Shown piece by piece: positions 60,909-64,000 of a stretch of 64,000 bases of DNA. Within the stretch, counting starts at the first letter, position 1; each line of letters begins with the position of its first letter. This DNA is from Microbotryum violaceum (taxonomy: Eukaryota): the NCBI GenBank assembly GCA_001244265.2, contig CDLV01000004.1:1178001-1242000 (forward strand). The letters run 5' to 3'. Both the position numbers and the translations under genes were made by a program. A model generated the notes under the pieces. The model saw nothing but the letters and a program-made list of their open reading frames with translations. It was not told the origin of the DNA and did not search any database.

Positions 60909-62878
60909 GTGTGTGTGTGTGGTGGTGGTGGGGGAAAGTTGAACCCAGCCTCTACTGCCCTCTCCTCCCCAAGCTCCTCCCGCCCTCAGCTTCAAGCTCT
61001 CCTCCAAGATGATCCTCCTCCTCCCAACACCCTCCATCCTCGTCCCCCACCTCCCGCTGCTGATCATCTCCAAGATCAGCCCGGTGAATATTTCAATTGT
61101 CCTCCCCGCTCCTTCATCGCGCAGACTGGCCTTGAGCTTCGGATGTGTCAAGCCCCAGTGCATTGCAGAGCACGCTCCTTGCCGCGATCCAAACGTTCCC
61201 AGAGTCAACACAGTCAAAGAAGTAGTGCTCCCGATCGTCCTTGGGCGCTCCACAGACGAGGCACGCGGGCGAGTTGTCGTGCTTTTGATGAAACTGCAGA
61301 CTCCAAGTCGGGGTGAAGTTTCTGATGAGCTTGAGCCACACCTCGCGTTCCCTCGCCGTCAATGCCTTCGAGTTGACCCCTTTCCAGAATCCCTTGATAT
61401 CGTCGGGCTGCAGCGAGTCCCTGAAACCGATCGTGTCGGTGAAGGCCTTTGCATTCAAGACTCGGCGGACGCGACGGATGGCGTATGGACGATCCATGCT
61501 GAGCAAGTTGTATTGTGTTGATTGGTTTGGGAGAGCCGGTCTTGGAAGGCGCTGCGGCGGGTCGATCAGATGGGGCAGGATCGACTCGAGCGGCGTGGTG
61601 GGCGGACCTCGGATCTGGGGCGGACTTGGGGAGGCCCATTGATTTGTACTGCCGCCACCGGTTGAGCTATTGGTGTGAACCTTAATCGATTGATCGCATG
61701 TCGGTACCATGCCACAATGTGCTCTCATTGTGGGCGGCCCCGTTGATTGTATTCGCTGTTGCTGACGACCACATCCATTGGCGGCGTCCAGAGATGAAAG
61801 CCCCCGCCCGGGTACAGCTCGTGTTGAAACAGGTCCGCTACCTTGGCGTAAATGGAAAACGCAGCATAGTCGGCGTCGTAGGGTGATTGCGACACAGCTG
61901 GTGCTCCCAGTAGGTAGTGAAGGGTGTGCAACTTGATCGGAAGGGCAAGAAGATTTGCGAGTGTCAACGTCCTCGGCTTGACTTGCGCATTGTGCGTCGA
62001 TGGTACCTTCAGCACGGCCTGCCATCTTGGGTGTAGATCGGTTCGGATCGGAGTGTAGTCGCAAGGCCACACATCAGTTGCCAAGTCAAAGTCGGGGGTG
62101 GGATGGGCTCGTACAATTGCTGTGCGCGCAAGTCCCTGCCAGATCGCATCCGAACCGCCAAGAAGCACATCCCAGACGCGTGCCGCAACCGAGTCGACAA
62201 CGTCCTGCATCCGCATGACCCCAAGACCCCCTTGAACCTCGGTGTGAAGACGATGTCCTTGCCATAGCACGACCTCCTCTTGCCGCCGCGGACAAAGTCA
62301 ACGAGAATGCGATCAAGCTCCTTGACGACCTCAAGCGATGGGATGTCGGCGGAGAGGATGTGCAGAATCTTGGGAATGGCGTATCAGTTGACGTAGAACG
62401 CTCGGGTGTGGTGTGTGAGCCCCCGGTCCCGTGCCGAATCGAGCACCGCTTCGAGCCGTGCGACAAGATTCACGTTGGCAAGTTTGGTGTTGCCGGCGGG
62501 GTCAAAAGATAGGCCAATCCACTCGAGCGACTCACCCTCGGCCTTGACGACGAGCGGACAATCGCCAGCCTCCCAGCGACACCCGATGGGTAGTACGACG
62601 GTCTTGTCGGTGTTGAGCCGGCCATTGGTTGCGAGCCTCCAGTCGAGCGCCAGGTCGTCGAGCAAGGTGAGTGACTCCGAGCCCGCGACGGCAACAACGA
62701 CGTCATTGGCAAACGCAAGAGATGTAATGGCGTGGCTCTGTGGGTAGGGGTGAATGGTAGGAAGCAAGAGGTTCAGCGCGATGCCTCGACGGTGCAGAGC
62801 ATCCAGGAACGGCTGGAACACAACATCCCAGACCGACGACAACACCGGGTCCCCTTGGCCGAGCCCACACATCAGCCG
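60909..62878 (-). mobile_element. 3' part of a second L1/Tx1-like LINE (RT end, zinc finger, C/CA-rich tail)
   Basis: MCGLGQGDP, LAFANDVV, CLVCGAPKDDREHYFFDC; tail CCCCC(ACC)3(AC)n at 60909-60934; interrupted at 62879. Confidence 0.88.
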
Positions 62879-64000
62879 TGTTGAAGTAAATTACTCTTGC
62901 CTTAAATCCGCACTACGCGCGTCTCCACTTTATATTAGTTGCGCGCGCGATTCGCATCTTTGTCTCCTCTTCTTCACTTGATTACGAACTCATTGGCTCG
63001 TCCCTGCCGCCAACTCGTTCAGCACATTGCTGTTCAGTTTCAATAGGTTACGAGCCCAACCGAGCGGCCAGCCAATTTGAGTCATCAAGACATGAGCACT
63101 CCTCTCATGGTCACAGGGGGAACAACCCCTATTGTCCTCGTCAAACCACGCGATGTTGACCCATCATGCCATCTGCGAAACGCTGGGGGCTGGTTGCAAT
63201 GGATCGACGACGTGCGAGGCGCCCTTGGCGGCGACTATTGGAACTGCACCCTTGCGACACCCGTCCAATCACCCAACATGCGCACGGATCTCGATCATGC
63301 CAATTTCCAAGCGGCCGCGCTGCTGATGCGTTCTGTTTCACCGGACATCCGAAAACACATAAAGGATGGTTACGACCACACTCCTGCGGAAGTCTTACAG
63401 ATGATCAAGAAGGCGGTCGGTACCGGCACGGTGGCTGACATTCTCATCCGTCTCCAAGCGTTGCTCGACATGGGACCCCCTCCCACCGGCATGGACGCCT
63501 TTGCAAAGTACCAAGCGACGACCATTGAGCTATTTAACACGCTCTTGGGACACGAGCTTACTTTCGAGCAGATTGTGTCGTTCTGCCTTGTCCACTTTGG
63601 CAAGGATCTGTACCGTGAATACTACACGCAAACACTTCGGCAAGGATTGGATAGGCTACCAAGCCCAACGGAGGTCCTCCAGTCGCTCCACACGCAGGCG
63701 GATCAGACGCCAGCTCCCAAACCCGTTGCCATGGTGGTAAGCCCAATTGCGACAGCGGACAAGTCTACCGCGCCTACTTTCTCCCCGTGCCACCACTGCG
63801 GAGGTCCGCACTGGAATTGCAAGTGCCCGGACAACAAGGCTGGGTCCAAGGGGAAGAAGACAAAGGCTCCTTCAGCGCCTTCCGCCTCGCTCGTCACTGC
63901 GCCTGATGTCTCGATGCTGGTTGACGGTCCTGTGCTTGGCTACCTCACAGCCACGATGTCCACCTTGGCCAGGCCCTCCATCATCCTGGACAGTGGGGCA
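62879..64000 (+). mobile_element. 5' part of a copia element (LTR 62879-63045, PBS, gag, protease start), runs off the window
   Basis: TGTTGAA...TTCAATA LTR, PBS GGTTACGAGCCC 63046-63057, knuckle CHHCGGPHWNCKC, IILDSGA at the window end. Confidence 0.88.

Overview
Eukaryotic DNA, very likely from a basidiomycete fungus of the Pucciniomycotina (Microbotryum-like). This is inferred from GT-AG introns, the transposon repertoire and TCG->TTG hypermutation. The window is almost entirely a nest of transposable elements. It holds several Ty1/copia elements (one near-intact at 21312-26350, one complete but decayed at 50884-55661), chromodomain Ty3/gypsy elements, L1/Tx1-like LINEs and many solo LTRs. 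DNA transposons include an AcademH-like element (DUF6589-type transposase plus convergent RecQ-like helicase between inverted repeats), a KDZ/Kyakuja-type transposase and a P-element-like transposase. The only clearly intact host gene is the mitochondrial insertase OXA1 (34514-36575). Two things stand out. (1) Six LTR families, both copia and gypsy, share the architecture [unit ending AG] GT-donor...[second copy of the unit ending AG]. This is a small spliceosomal intron whose 3' part duplicates the upstream exon, and sister LTRs lack exactly that segment; I propose it lets elements splice an intron yet rebuild it during strand transfer. (2) Two ~157-bp solo LTRs with perfect 5-bp TSDs carry a tRNA-like Pol III cassette.
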